A stretch of 64,000 bases of DNA. Source: the human T2T-CHM13v2.0 reference genome, Homo sapiens. The notes under the pieces are model-generated. The model was not told the origin of the DNA and ran no database searches. It saw only the letters and a list, made by a program, of their open reading frames with translations. Below are positions 15,101 through 30,310 of this stretch, in pieces. The position numbers and the translations under genes were made by a program. The stretch is from the NCBI RefSeq assembly GCF_009914755.1, contig NC_060928.1, one strand, 5' to 3'. Within the stretch, counting starts at the first letter, position 1. Each line of letters starts with the position of its first letter.

Positions 15101-17240
15101 ATTGTTTATTCAAAAAGCCATGGTACCTTTTGAATGTGTGTTTTTAGGCCCATAGTAGACATTCATAATGAGATTATTTGTCTCACATGTTTACACAGAG
15201 CATCCATTGGGGACATTGTTATTATCTATTTAGAGGATAATAGAATTGCTTCTGTTTGCTTCTGTTAATTTTCTGTTAATTTTGGGAGATGTATATGACT
15301 TTAGGTGTCCTGTTATCCTGTTAATACTTCTATCAACAGATTACAAGCTACGTGAAGAGCAGCATAGTTATTTGGGTGAACTTGAATTTATAAAACAACT
15401 ACTTAGAGAAAGTTTAGTCACTTTTCCCTTGGCTTTCCCTGGGCCTTTCTTTATATCTCATACGTCATAAATTTTGCTTTGTGTTGTATTTGTATACACC
15501 TTCTCTCTCCTAGGCCTCGTGAAGGCAAGAGTTATTATTTAATGGCCTTTATAATTTCAACTACCACTGGTAAAACATACATAAGTCAAACATATCAGTA
15601 ATAATTACCAAAACTAGCAATGAAGAGAACATCTTATATTGTGATTTTGCCTAAAAACATTATTGCTGAGTCTTTTAAAAGAGTGTATTTGTTTTTTTAA
15701 AAATGTCAAACAAGTGCATCTGCTCTCTTAGAATTTCTGTATCTATTTCTGCCGTTTTTTAATGTAATCAAATTATGAGTCATCTTTTAAAAATAAGTAA
15801 CCGTAATTCTTTTCACCTACGTAGTAGAGTGTAATAAAAGCTCCAAGAATCTTAAATGTTTTCAATAATAATGTTAAAATATGTTTTTATGCTTTAATTA
15901 TTTTAATTACATGTTACAGTATATCATGTGTAACACCTAAAAATATCTTACACTTTAGGTATTCTATCTTTACTTCCTAATATGGTGTGTTTGCACTACA
16001 TTTTTTGACTGTTTCAGGCATGCTATCTTCTAATTCTGACTCAGTCAGAAAATAGCTAAGAGCACCACTTGTTTGCTTTAGATAAGTGAGTTTCTGGCCA
16101 TTCATCACCTCTCATACTGAAAATGACCACACTGCAGGGACATTGTGTTATTGGCAAAAGTTGGCCAAATTACATACCAGTAGGTATAATTGGACTATGT
16201 CTTCAAAACATTATGTTTATATTATAAACCATAAAAATGTTACAGTTTACAATGAACATAATATAATATATTTTAGGAATAGAAAAAGAATTTGTAATAA
16301 ATACAGAAAAAACACATATGCCTTTTAAAGGCCACCCTGCTATTTTAACAGTTTAAGGATTTTTGGATACTTTACCAAAATATAAAATGCCAAGAAAATT
16401 TTTTTCTTATTTTTTTAATTTTTCTTGGCATTACTTTTGTGTGAAGCTGGGTAAGATTGTAAATTAATCTCTGTACTGAAAAGTGCTATATTAGATGCTG
16501 TATATAAAATGCTGTATATTAGATGCTGTTTATATAGATATAAAATATCAAAAAGAGTTTAAATCATAACCATGTTTTAATATTAAATTCCCAGTGTAGA
16601 AATATTAAGGCTAAATTCAGAATAGTGACATATTTACGTATGTTTTCTTACTTGAGAATTTCTAAAGCCATTTATAAAAGCTCCCTGTAACAATTTTCAT
16701 TTTTTCCCCACAATTTTACTTAGTGATGCTCTTTGAATAGTAACTTTAGGTAATGGAGAAGTAACATTATATTCAGAGAACCATCAACTAACTCTCGAAG
16801 TATTACGACAAGGAAAAATCCGCAAAATCAGCTCTGTTAATGAGCTCAGCATTTTAGCTTTCAAACATTTCCGTCGAGTACATTTGCTAATTTTCTTTTA
16901 CAGGCCCCAGATAACTTAGTAAGATTTTTAGAGTGGCTTGTCAGATGTAATTTGACCTAATAATTACCCTTAAAGATGTGATTAAGAAACACCTGACTCA
17001 GATGTCGTGTACATAGGCAAACCACAAGTCATCACCCCTTTCTCTCCTTTGATTTCGGTGGCCAAATGCCAAGTCAGCAGGCTATGAGAACTGGCCTTCA
17101 GGAATAACCTGCCAGTTTATAGCTTATTCAGGTCATTGTACCTATGCCAAGTAGGCCTAATGAGAGAGGATCCTTGGAAGTGTGCAAGCATTAAATGTAT
17201 ACATGGTTCTGAAAGACTTTATGAAAAAAAAGGAATTCTT

Positions 17241-17509
17241 TTTTTAGAAAATGTTTATTTTTAATTTTTGTGGGTACATAGTAGATGTATACATTTATGA
17301 GGTACATGAGATATTTTGATACAGGCATGCAGTGCATAATACTCACATCTGGGTAAATGGATTATCCGTCACCTACGGCATTTATCCTTTGTGTTACAAA
17401 CAATCCAATTATGCTCTTAGTTATTTTAAAATGTTCAAATAAATTATTTGACTATAGTCACCCTGTTGTGCTAGCAAATACTAGGCCTTACTCATTCTTT
17501 CTAACCATT
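17241..17509 (-). mobile_element. 5'-truncated L1MA 3' end
   Basis: tttttgtgggtacatagtag...gactatagtcaccctgttgtgc; TSD aaaaaggaattcttt on both flanks. Confidence 0.88.
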
Positions 17510-19481
17510 GAAAAAGGAATTCTTTCCCCACAAAAACCTTGTAAACTGTCTTTAATATACATGCAAACAAATATTTGTAAAAAGGTAATTCAATCACAAA
17601 GAATATTTGCAGTTTCACTAATTCGGATATATAATCTAAGGATGCCAAAAATATTTTTCTTCCTCTATAACTCAACATCAACTTTCATATATTTTGATCA
17701 TTGTTTTTTAATCTTTGAAGTTCACAAATTGATGAGAAGCATAGTATTTTTTAAAGATATTTCTTGACTATTTTTTTCTGTTCTAAAATGTATTGACTAA
17801 TGCTTAAGTCAATAGTTTAACTCCATGTCTCCATTACAGAATACCTATGAAAAGTGTTATTTAGATGCATTTTTATGCCTCCTCAAAGCTCATGATGTAT
17901 CTACATTTTTTAAAGATACAAAACTGTTGTAGTTAAAAGCAACTTTATGAAAAACACTTGATGAAGTACATTAATAATTTGTCTCAATATAATGAGTATT
18001 TTGAGTGAGATAATGATTAGTCATTTTCAACATTCATTTCTAGCCCAGTTCATTTTTTAGACTTTCCTTCTCCAAAAACTTTTCTGGACATGTCTTTATT
18101 ATATCCTGTCACCAAAACCTAAAGGTAAGTTTCAGAGCTTGCTGAGGAGTTATGACCCACCATGGGAAATAATGAAATGCCTTCACTGACTGATAGATGC
18201 ATCCAAACCTATTAAGAATATCAATGGAAAATATCAGATGCATAACTTAAATTAGCTTTAAAGTGTGCATTTTTAGCATTCATATACTTCTTACCTGTAA
18301 AAGATATTAAAATAGCTACATGACATATATATGTATATATGCTTATTGATTTGATTTGTGAACTTTTATAGAAATATATTAAAATATAAAAAATGAGAAA
18401 ATATACTTTTTAATTTGAAAAGGAACTTGAATTCCTTCCTGTGATATTAATAAAATGAAAACAGATTAATGTGGAAAATTGAATTACTTAAGTTATCCTA
18501 AATATCACCTGGATTTACAGTGATTTTTCAAACTTTTATTAATCAATAATTGGTTTAAGGTCTGTATTTTGAATGAACCATACTATTATGTATTGCAAGA
18601 TGAAAAGGATAGCATAAAAATGAATTTGATGAAAAAGAATTTTATATCCTAGTTTAATTCCCACTAATCTTCTATCAGTTATTGTGAGGAACATTTACTG
18701 AACCAAAGCATAATATGTAATTATACATAAAAATATATAATTCTCACTCCACTTTGACATTTGTGAATAAAGTTTCCACTTAACTCAAGAATTTTACAAC
18801 TTAGAAACATAGGGAGTGAGATTGTGGATTTATATAATTAAAGAGTAGAGCTAAATGCTTGCATGATTAAAGGAAATGAAAAATTAGGAGTATTTTTAAT
18901 AGTTGAATTGTGAAATCATAATCAAGCTCAATCTGAAGTACGATGATTTCCATTCTGGTGGTCGTCTGAGTAATTTCTTGTCTGATGGAGTAGCTATTCT
19001 TCCCCCACGCACGTGTTTAGATTTTCCATATATTTTACATTTTGAGAAATTGCCTAATTCCCTGTTTGAAGAAGTGCCTGGTACAATGTTGATGTGCAAT
19101 AGGATTTTCTTATGAATAAGAAAAGTAATCAACAAATATTTTCTATATATACATAGTCTAAAATGTACGTATTTCTATCTCTAAGAAATGAGATTATTCT
19201 CTTCCGTATAAATATAAAAGGTAAATGTCAAAATCTTTATCTTTGTTAGCTATGAAGTTGAAATAATAAATGAAATTCAAAGAACCTGCTAGGGATAGAC
19301 GTTGGGGAAGGAAAAACTGAGGAATTAGAAAAAGCTACAAACATAAGATCAGATTCTAACCTATCAGCAGCGATAACATTTTTATTCTCCAGAGAGAATG
19401 GGTTACATTTCTCTGAAACTATTTGTTGTATTAAAATCTCAGAATATTACCATTGAAAGGGCTCCTAGAGATCATCTAGAC

Positions 19482-19662
19482 CAATGGTTCTTAACTGATG
19501 TGAGGTTATGAGATGCTTTGTGAATATGGTGGGGGTTAAAGACCTTTTTGCTGGAAAATTACACATTTGCCCAGAATCACGATTTTGCACACAATTCTGC
19601 ATACATTTCCAGGAATTCCAGTTTAATACAGGCAACCTATAGATGCAATTTAAGAGCCTCTA
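19482..19662 (-). mobile_element. MER103C-like hAT-Charlie relic
   Basis: caatggttcttaac...cacacaattctgcatacatttcc, degenerate match. Confidence 0.5.
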
Positions 19663-20939
19663 ATTATTCAAAGTTCATTTTATAAATCGGTTGAATAAAC
19701 TAGAGACCTAGAGAGGGACCAGCCTCTCTAAATCTAATTACATTGACCTTTCCTATCTCTCCAAGTTGTTTGGCCATTTGCACTGATAATGTTTCAAAGC
19801 AATCACCACTTTATGCTTAGTTTGTTCTCATTTCTATGACTGGATGGAAATGTGTGGGAGCAATTTCCACTTTCTACCAGAGACTGGTCCAGTTCTAGTA
19901 CACAATTTTGTCTTTATATAGACGAAAATATTGCATTCTGTCATTTATCTTGTATCTGTGAATGACCATTTTAAAGCTTTGTCTGAACCAGGCTGTCCCA
20001 CTTCTGTATTAAGAGTGTGCGTCTGCATCTATCCACCAATGAATAATGTGCACAGATAATGTGCAGTAGGGAATCTGTGGTCCAGTGATGGGCACATGGA
20101 TGATGTATCCTTATTTCCCTCAGATATTGCCTGGTTTTTAAACAGGATAGAATGGTGTTTATTGTAAACCACAAGGAATTATTTTGAATTTCCTAAAATA
20201 AGAGCTGTATGACAACTAAAAAATAGCAAGAACATCCATTTTCATTACATTTATTTCATTATAGTTTAAGGGGTATCAATAACAGCACTGTTTGCTTCCC
20301 TCTTGCTGTAAGCAGTAGTCAAAAGGTAAATTCTGTTGTTTGCATTACTCCTGTTTAAGAAGAAGCATAATGAAATTTGGTAGGGAGAAAATGACTTACA
20401 GCCTTCTTTCTACTTTTTTGTGTTCTTTAAAAATATACATCTCTGAGTCCATTTCTTGAGGCAGTAGAATACCATACAGAGCTAGGATTTTCTTGAACAA
20501 CATAAGGCCCATATTTGTTTTCTACAGCCTTATTTTGAATTTATAGAAATAAAGTGCAAGGTGCAGTGAATTTTCCACACACACACACACATTACTTGAA
20601 AAAGACATTTGTTAACTTAAAACTTAAACGTAAGCTTTTCTTAAAAGCATCAGTGCAAGTATATCCACTACATTGCAAGTCATCTTTGGTTTCTCCTATA
20701 ATCAATTTAATAATTCTTGGATCTTGGAGAAGTTATACGTTGAAAGGCAACCACATGAGCCAAAGCGTCACTTCTTTCCTCTATCTTTTTTTGAGGATTA
20801 AGTGAAATTAAATATGGGAAAGCCTACTGTAAATAAAATAAAAGATCACAATATAATATAGAAGTTGATTATAAATTTTTATCAGTGTAGTGTGAGTGTT
20901 TCATCACTTAATAACTGGAATTTGTAAGCGATCTTTACC

Positions 20940-21145
20940 TTCCATTTTACTCAACTTTATGGTGGACATGTTTTTGGAAGACATGCATTCAAGGCTCTAT
21001 CACTGTCTTTGGGAACCTGCTGTAACTTCCATCTGTACAATTTCCACATCCTCAAAATACTGATCATAACACTTGCCTCTTTGATATCCTAAGAAAAATT
21101 GAGTGAAATAAAATACGTGAAAACCATTTGTAAATTACCATTACT
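20940..21145 (+). mobile_element. MIR SINE fragment
   Basis: tttccacatcctcaaaat...gtgaaaaccatttgtaaa. Confidence 0.45.
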
Positions 21146-24087
21146 CAAGAGAAAACATGGTGATGATTCCACCCTCTTGAAATCTCTCAGTAAATGAAGT
21201 TGTGAAAACCAATAGCATCTTCAGGACCAAATATTTGTATTTGTGCAGATCTCTGCAACAATCTCTAGAACAGAAACATTCCAGACGTCCTAGTAGAAAG
21301 CTGAACCCCCATCCATTTAGATTTTTGCATTAAAATGACAGATTGCTCTATGACTATTACTTACTGGCTATTACATAAGGACATCTTATAACAAATCCGT
21401 GAAAGGCTGCAAATGGACAAAGCATATCTTAAAGACTAAAAAAAAAATTCACAATGGATTGTAAGGAGAAATGTTTTATTTTCATAGTAAGGAATGTTTT
21501 AGTTTATACTGCAGAATCACAGACAGGTCACACTGAGATAACAGAAAGCATTTGTGATCAACAGAAGCAAATCAGCAAGGCACATCCAGCAGTGGGACTG
21601 GGAGCAGTTTCATAGCATCTGTTAGAGGCAAATGGAACTGGGGAGAGCATTAGCAAAAACCTGCCCTTCGTCCAGATACCACTGATAGGAAACACATAAA
21701 CAAACAAAAAAAAATTGTACAGTTTAGCTGAAGTCTGCTCTTCTGATACATTTCCTGCAGCCCATACACATTTCCTTTTAAATCCTTAAAAACATTCCAG
21801 TTAAGTTTTATGATTCGTATTACCAACAACATGATGCCTTAGGGATATGTTACCTAGAGTTTGGAAGCTAGCATCAAATACCAATTTACCGTATAATTCT
21901 TCTGCTATTTAAAAAGACAAGGTTCTTCGGTTTAAATATTGATGGCCCAACTGGTAATCTTTTTAGTAAAGGTGTAGCTATAAGGTGAAAAAATCAAACA
22001 GAGTAGTCAGGTTTATATTTTCAGAAACAAAAAGACCTTTACCTGTATAAAAGCCAAAGATACAACAGAGAACTGAATTATAGATCTACCAGACAGGGTA
22101 TTTTTTTTTTTATGGCTAAAACCTTAGCTTTAAATATCTCTGGCACCATTTTGTTTCCTTTTATTTTAGGTTGTTAATGGTGGTTATAGGAATTGGTTCT
22201 ATGGTAGATTTTGTAACTAGCTTAAATTATATTTCTTTGATCTAGTGAGTCCCTCCCTGCCACCCTCACTTTTAACCCTGCAGTATTGAATCTGAGTCTG
22301 ATTAAGGGTAGGAACCAAAAGGAATGGGAATAGCTCAATGGGGGTACCTGCAAGCGTTTTTATAGCTTTTCTATTCCTACTGAGAATCGACTTACTGACC
22401 CCAGAACTGCTCTCTGCAGGCCCTTGGAGGAAATCTAGTTTCTTATCAGACATCTGTACTTGTTCTATCTTTCAAAATAACTTCTGTTAGGGTTGTTTGT
22501 CTGGGTCTCTTTTTTGTGACAGAGCAGTATAAAAAATTCATTTTTATTCAAAAAAATAATTTCAGTATAGATATTTATTCAAAAATTTAAAAGAAGACTC
22601 CTCTCCTGGTGAATAAGAGCTAGGTCCTGTCAGAGAGCCAAGGACTGGATGGATGAGGCTTGGGAGTGGAGTATTTAATTGAGATTATCAGCAAGGGAAA
22701 TAACATCCCTTTAAAACAGTGAAAAAATTAAGAAGTTCTATTCACTACTATGGTGATTAGGACACTTTCTGTTAATTTATGGGCTTTCTCTCTATAGTGT
22801 TTCTTCTCATAATTATTACAGAATTGTTGTTTCATACTTGACTGTTTCATTTATATTGTTGCTTTGTTATACAAATAAGGTCTTACAAAAAGTTTAAGCA
22901 GGATATTATAAATTGTTACCTATGTAAACCTGAAACATTCTTGCCATGATACTCACAATCATCAGACACTGCATCTCCCTTGGTGTTGGTAATCTAGGCA
23001 AATAGCTGCTGTATTAACATTTCAGACCCCTAATAAGTGCTTAAGTGTTACAATAACCTAATTTCACTGATAAGATATAGCTCATCATGCAACACAGGCA
23101 TATCATATGTGCAAAAGATGCCCCCTAGGCCCCAAGTTATTGCCAATGATTTGCATTATATGAAGTTGTTCTCCTGTTACGAGAAATTTGGGGGAAGTTA
23201 GACGGAACTGTTTCTGGTCTTTAGAATAGATTCAGCTTAGATATTCAATAAAACCTATTTATGTTTACCTTTTACCAAGTTTTGAGTCACCTCTTTAATA
23301 TAGAAAAGGATGTGGTCAAACATGCATGAAAATAGAAAGTTGGGTCACTGGATCTGGAGGGGAAAAAAATTAGGAAGCAATTGAGGGATATAAAAAGGAT
23401 CTAAAGAAGAACCTTCTTTTCACCTTGTCCCAAAATTCAGGGTAAAAGTAGAGTAGACATTCTCAATTAAATTAAAGGGTAGCAAATTTAGAGTTTCTTT
23501 TTGTAGCATGTAATCAACCTGTGGGAGCCACAGCCTCAGAAGGTTGAGTTAAATCTATGTCTAGAGTTTAAAAACAAATAAATAATTTTATGCCTATAAG
23601 AGTTTTGATGATGTTATAGAAATAATCACATCTCATGCTTTCAAGAATAAATTGATATATCGACAAGGGAAATCTGTTCCCAAAATACAACGTAACTGGG
23701 AACACCTTGTTTGCTTCCAACCTTAGACAATCCAGATGGGCAGATTCTGGGATCCTTGCTTTCAGTTGGTTAATAACGTTTATTATTGAGTTTATTGTGC
23801 TCTTGGACAGACAAACAAGCCAAAAAAAGAAAGAGTATACTTTCTGTAAAAGTTCATAATTGATTACTGTGAAAATACTAATAAATTCCTTGTTTGTGTG
23901 TGTGTGTGTGTTGTGAATAAGATTTTCTGTCAGTGTGTGCATTTGTGTATGTGCTTTTCATGAGGTTGTTCATGTAGGTGTATGTCTATACACAGAGAGA
24001 AAAAGAGAGACTTTTATATCACTATTATGTAATTTTGTTTTAGATAAAGCCAATTTGCGCCTAGTTGTGCCATTGTGACATCCATTA

Positions 24088-24687
<600 letters not shown>

Positions 24688-25746
24688 CTAATAAGCAAGT
24701 ATGGATAAAGTATAATTTAAAAACCAGCTAGCTTATTTGAAAGTCAGGCTAGCTCTGCCTTTTTATATGTGTGCTTTTCTTTTTTCAGACATTAACTCTA
24801 ATTAGGATCTACTTGTATCTTAATTATGAGACTCTTTTAAAATAAGGCAGTTAAATGAGACCTTACATACTAAAGATGTAGGCCACTGTTATTTTATCCT
24901 TTCTAAGGAAATATTTACATGCATCAAGATAAGGTGATTCTTAATCTAAATGAATGATTTTTTAGGAAAGATTCTTTCAGGTCACGGATTATCCTAAGGG
25001 AAAGTATTTGGGTGCAGCACTGTAACCCAAAGTCCTTCGTATACTTCTGTTTAGGAAACACGTTGCTTGTTTATTCACTCAGAGAAAAGACAAATTGAAT
25101 CAGAACATAAGTTTCAGTAGCTACTGCTTCCCCCACGCAGGGATGTCACTGCCCACATGGGCAGGCCAGGGTCACTAGTTAAAATGTTCCCATTGTGAAA
25201 GCATATTATCATCTTCGGGGGTATTTTTGCTTCTGGTCTCGTGACTGACCAGTGGAAAAAGTCATAAGCTATTTTTGTGAAATGTATTTCTAGTACAATT
25301 TGAGTCAGTGTTTAGAAAACATCACATATTAATAAAAAGGATTATATAGTGAGCACCTATTTTATATCAATTAGTTTATACACATTATTTCTAATATTCC
25401 TAGTCACCCTGCCATGTAATGTTCTTATGTTCTATTTGCAAGGATTTCAAGATGTGGACCACTTTTTGCAAAGCCAAAAGTTGATCGTTGCTACAAATGG
25501 TGGGGAGAACAATGTTATGATTATAGCATGGACTCTGGTACCAAACTACTTGGGCTCACATCCGTCTGGTCACTACAACTTTATGATTATTGCAAAGTTT
25601 TGTAACTGTCAGATTGTATTATAAACACACAATATAAATGGTAGTTTTCAAGAAAGTGAGCCTTGTTTCCAACAATCTCTTCTGCCTCTGACATGGAATA
25701 GATTAACTAGATATGTACAGTACATGGCCAGCATTTTAATATGGAG

Positions 25747-26108
25747 TATATCAATTTACTAGGGCTGCCATAACACAATACCACAGACTGGGAGACTTAA
25801 ACAGAAATCTGTTGTCTGGAAGTTCTGGAGGCTGAAAGTCAAAGACTAAGGTTGAGCAGGTTTGGTTTCGCCCAAGGCCTCTCTTCTTGGCTAGCAGATG
25901 GTCACCTTTTTGCTGTTTCCTCACGTGGTCTTTATTCTGTGCACACTCCTCTCTCATAAAGGCACCAGTCTTATTGGATTAGAGCCCCACCCTTAAGATC
26001 TCATTTTACCTTAATCACCTCCTTAAAGGCCTTATCTCCAATACAGTCATGTTGATGGTGAAGGCTTCAACATAGGAATTTTGAGGTGACACAATTCAGC
26101 TTATAACA
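25747..26108 (-). mobile_element. MLT1B/MLT1A solo LTR (ERVL-MaLR)
   Basis: agggctgccataacacaataccacagactggg...gacacaattcagcttataaca. Confidence 0.88.
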
Positions 26109-26559
26109 CAGAGGGAGAGAACATTTCATTTGCCATGAATACAATCTGGCTAACACTGGTGCACACAGCTAAAAGGTGCAACTGGTGCCTTAGTTACACA
26201 GCCAGAAAGGGGGCAAAGGAAAGTCACTGTGCCCTGTGTTGTAGGTCTTGAGTTTTACTCAATCTGCTCTCTGAGTGAAGTGGGTTACCTTTATACAAGC
26301 AGCATATACAGGCTGCAGGGGGATCTGCCTAAAGGTGTTTGCTCTGGCTATAGGCAGATCATATATTCAGGAAAATCCCAGGAAAACCTGGACAGATACA
26401 TTTATCAGAAGTGGTAAATTTAGAAATACTTATTAAATACTGCATGCAAGATTCATGTTAGGGAAAGTGATGTGGAATAACAGGCTTTGCCTTCAACACA
26501 CACAAATGTATACATATGCTTGCAGATATCCACAAAAATATGGCATATGTAGTTTATTT

Positions 26560-26755
26560 ATTGCTAACTGTGTCAGGCACTGCGATGCATTATCTGTTTG
26601 ATTCTTATTAAAAGTTGAGAAGGAGAATACTATTTTCCCTATTTCACATACGGTGAAATTGAGCCCCTGAGAACCTAAGGAACTTTTTCAAGACAAACCA
26701 GTTTAGTAAGTGGAGTGGATAGGCTTCTTTCATTCCTAAACCTGAGCTCTTTCCT
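26560..26755 (-). mobile_element. MIR SINE
   Basis: tgtcaggcactg...ggtgaaattgagccc reverse core. Confidence 0.55.
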
Positions 26756-29357
26756 CAAACCAGATGACAACCCGAAATATACATACATATATATATAAAA
26801 GATTTGACGCGTGTCTTCATTAGCCTTCGTAGGAATGTATTGTGGTTATATTTGCATATACCTGCCCCTTCTGGTAGGAGGGTAATGTGATCTTTACATT
26901 AAAAGCATTTAACTTTGTGCCTATAACATTATGAGGCTCAGATAAATGCTGAACAGAAGGAAAGAAGGAGGAAGGGAGGGAGGGAGGGAAAAAGAGAGGG
27001 AGGGAGGAAACTTGGCTGAGTATGGCTCTCACTCTTTCACTTTGCCATGGATGTGTTACATAAAAACCTCCACAGCTAAATACATGCAAAATGTAGCTCT
27101 AACCTAAAGAAAGTGATAGCTCCAATTTCTTTAGCTCAAGAAAGGTCTCAAAAAGCAAATAAAAAGCTGTAGTTGAAGGATAAAAAAGAAGTAAAGCTCG
27201 ATAGGTAGATTTGTTAAAGAAGAGCAGTTTAATGGAGATATCGGGGGGATCAGCATGGCTGAACCAGGTTTGGAGAAAACCAGTGAGAGATTATTTAAGT
27301 CAGCATCAAACAAAAATGTAAAAGAATGACCACATATTTCTGTTTGCAAAGAACTTTTAGTAAGATACAGATGAGATAATCAATCCTAGTGGAAATACAG
27401 ATTCATATTACTTGGGATATGATAAGTCCCATCGTTTCTAAAGTTTAAGGATGAGGAAAATCCTGATAAAACACAGGAAGTTATTAGGTGAGGCACTCAG
27501 CTTTTCTTGCGTGGTAAGCATCAGAAGCCAGAAGCAGAATTTTAGAGTTCCCAGTATCTTAGGAACAATCTGGTTTTACCTCTCAATTCTAGAGAAAACT
27601 AACTTGTACGGAAATTAACAGAAGTAATCCAAATTTATGGATTGGCAACAACACTGGATCCCAGATCTCCTGGCTCCCTCTTTAGGATTTTTTCCATTCA
27701 AGTTCAACTTTCTGGAGAAGTCATAAGTGGATGAGTCAGGGAAAGAGAACTGTGGCCTGATATAAACTGTTTGTACTTGAAGTTATAGAAAAATACTGTT
27801 TTATCTAGATCATTCTGCACATGCATTTATCTTTGGCATGTGGAAAATTGGTTTCATAATCTCTGGAGAAAAATTGTTAATTTCTGCCTAGATCATTCTC
27901 TCTGCTGATTCCTATCAGAATATTTGCAACTCTAAAATTAATTTTACCCTATTTGCTGTGTTGGTTGTAATGAATCATATTCAAAATCACCAAAAACTTA
28001 CACAAAAGACTGCACAGGAGAGGAAAAAAAATGTATTTGATTTTCCCAAGCTGCTTCTCTGTTGATTATTACCAGGTAGCATTTTTTTTTCATTTCTTAT
28101 TCTCATTTGTATAAAAATCCAGATAGAAATGAAAGTAATGTATTAGCCGTTTGGTTGAAAAAATGTTAAGTCAATTATACTCTTGCAAGATTTATAAGAA
28201 CTAAAGTGAGTTTAAATTTGAATTGTCAAAGGAAATTTTACATGCATTAAGCCCTCAGTAAAATCCATCATAAGTATTTAATTATGTGCTGGGTTTTGAA
28301 CTTCTGTATCTAAAGTGGTATTTTTATAAAAAAAGATTTTTTTCAGTGAACTTGTAGGCATCACTTTAAATTATACCTGTAAGTATAATTCAGGTAGTAA
28401 TATATTTTAGTGAGACAATTTGGAGGACGTGTGTATGCATGTGACACAATGAAATAGTTTTCTTTCCTCTTTGCAATAAGCATACTTAGGGAAAAAGCAA
28501 TGAACAATTGCCATATCTGTCTGTGTGCAAGTGCCTTAAACCTTATATATTCAGGTGTTCTGGAAAACCTACTACTCTCTGTTGTCACTTAGATTCTTAA
28601 CAATACGTGACTATTGAATTCCTGCATATTAGGCTGTTATTTCTAAATATGAAAAGTCTTATCTTAACAGAGTAAGCATTGACCTTTAGATTTTCCTTTC
28701 AACTGAAATGTTTCAAAACCAAGCATATTATATAAATGCATTGAGTATAGTTTTTATAAATGCAAGGCACTGCGAAGCATATTGAGTGATTTACAGATAT
28801 ATGAGATGTTCCCCTTGTGTGCTTGTTGCATCTGTACACTCTCGTGGTAAAATATGGATGAACCAAGCATAATTCCATATTACAAATGAAAGGACATGGT
28901 AGGAATATTTTGCCTTAACAAACTCATCTTTTTATGTATGAAAAATTTCACTTGGCTCTGACCCTAATGACTTAAATATTACCCATGTGGAGCATTTCTC
29001 AAGCCTTATTAATGTTTTCATATCTTCCAGTAACAGAGAGTGATTTAAAATGGAATAAGATATGCAGAATTCTAGCAATAGGTATCATTCTTAGAATTGT
29101 TACTGTAAATGAAAACTAGTATATCTGGTAGTTCCCCCAAATGTAGCCACTTTCAAAACAATATTATGATCCTTTTTTTTTTTTACTGTTGTGTACTCCA
29201 AATGATAGCCTAAATCCAAAGTAATAATGTCACCTGGTATCTATCTAAACCAAGTCAAGTACAAAAATTGGAAACTGAAATACTTTATTTTGCTAGCCAC
29301 TCTGGGGCTGGTGATATGAACAGGAAGAGGCAGTAGTCATAAAAGCACGGGTGTTTA

Positions 29358-29670
<313 letters not shown>

Positions 29671-30310
29671 TCTTATGAAAGGTGTAGAAAGGTGTATCAG
29701 GATTATAGTCAAGTATCATGTACAAAATACATGTATCTGTATCTGTACACATAATTTGTACATGTAACTTTTATTTCCTGTGCCTTCTTTGGACTTTCTA
29801 TGAGACATAGTAATAACAACCTACCTTTTAGAGATGTAATTTAGATTCATTGTGAGATCTAAATGAATCACATTCAGTAATACATAACTTTTGTTCATTA
29901 TGTGTCATAGAACTCTACGACAAATATATAATTTAGTTTGAACAATGTGTAATCACTGAATAATTTTTCATGTTTGCAGGTAAGTTTTGTTTTTTAACTG
30001 ATGTTTACATTAGTATTTACATGTGGCATATAGAAAAAATATAATATTTGTTATAACCATTTTCTGGTCAAATATTTAATATTAGCTATAATACAGGTCT
30101 CCTTACAAGACGTATGACTAACTGCCAGATCAGTGTCTTTCACATTTTGGTAACCATATTGCTTGAGAGACATCAAATAATTTTATACATTTGTTTTCTT
30201 ATGCTTCCTTGCAGTGTTTCTATAATTAGAAAGCTTAGAGTTGTAGGGATATTTTATTTATTTATTTATTTACAAGGCATATAATTTTTTGGAAAATTTT
30301 CCCAATTTCT

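Noticed and set aside
18285-18312. - strand YAG|GT recursive-like motifs (ttttacAG|GTAAGA here; weaker ones near 22040 and 46243)
   Set aside because: On the strand opposite the inferred transcript. They show that such motifs arise by chance, which also tempers the 29980 call
25435-25510. Possible exon GFQDVDHFLQSQKLIVATN
   Set aside because: Weak AAG acceptor and GTGGGG donor; runs into MIR-like sequence
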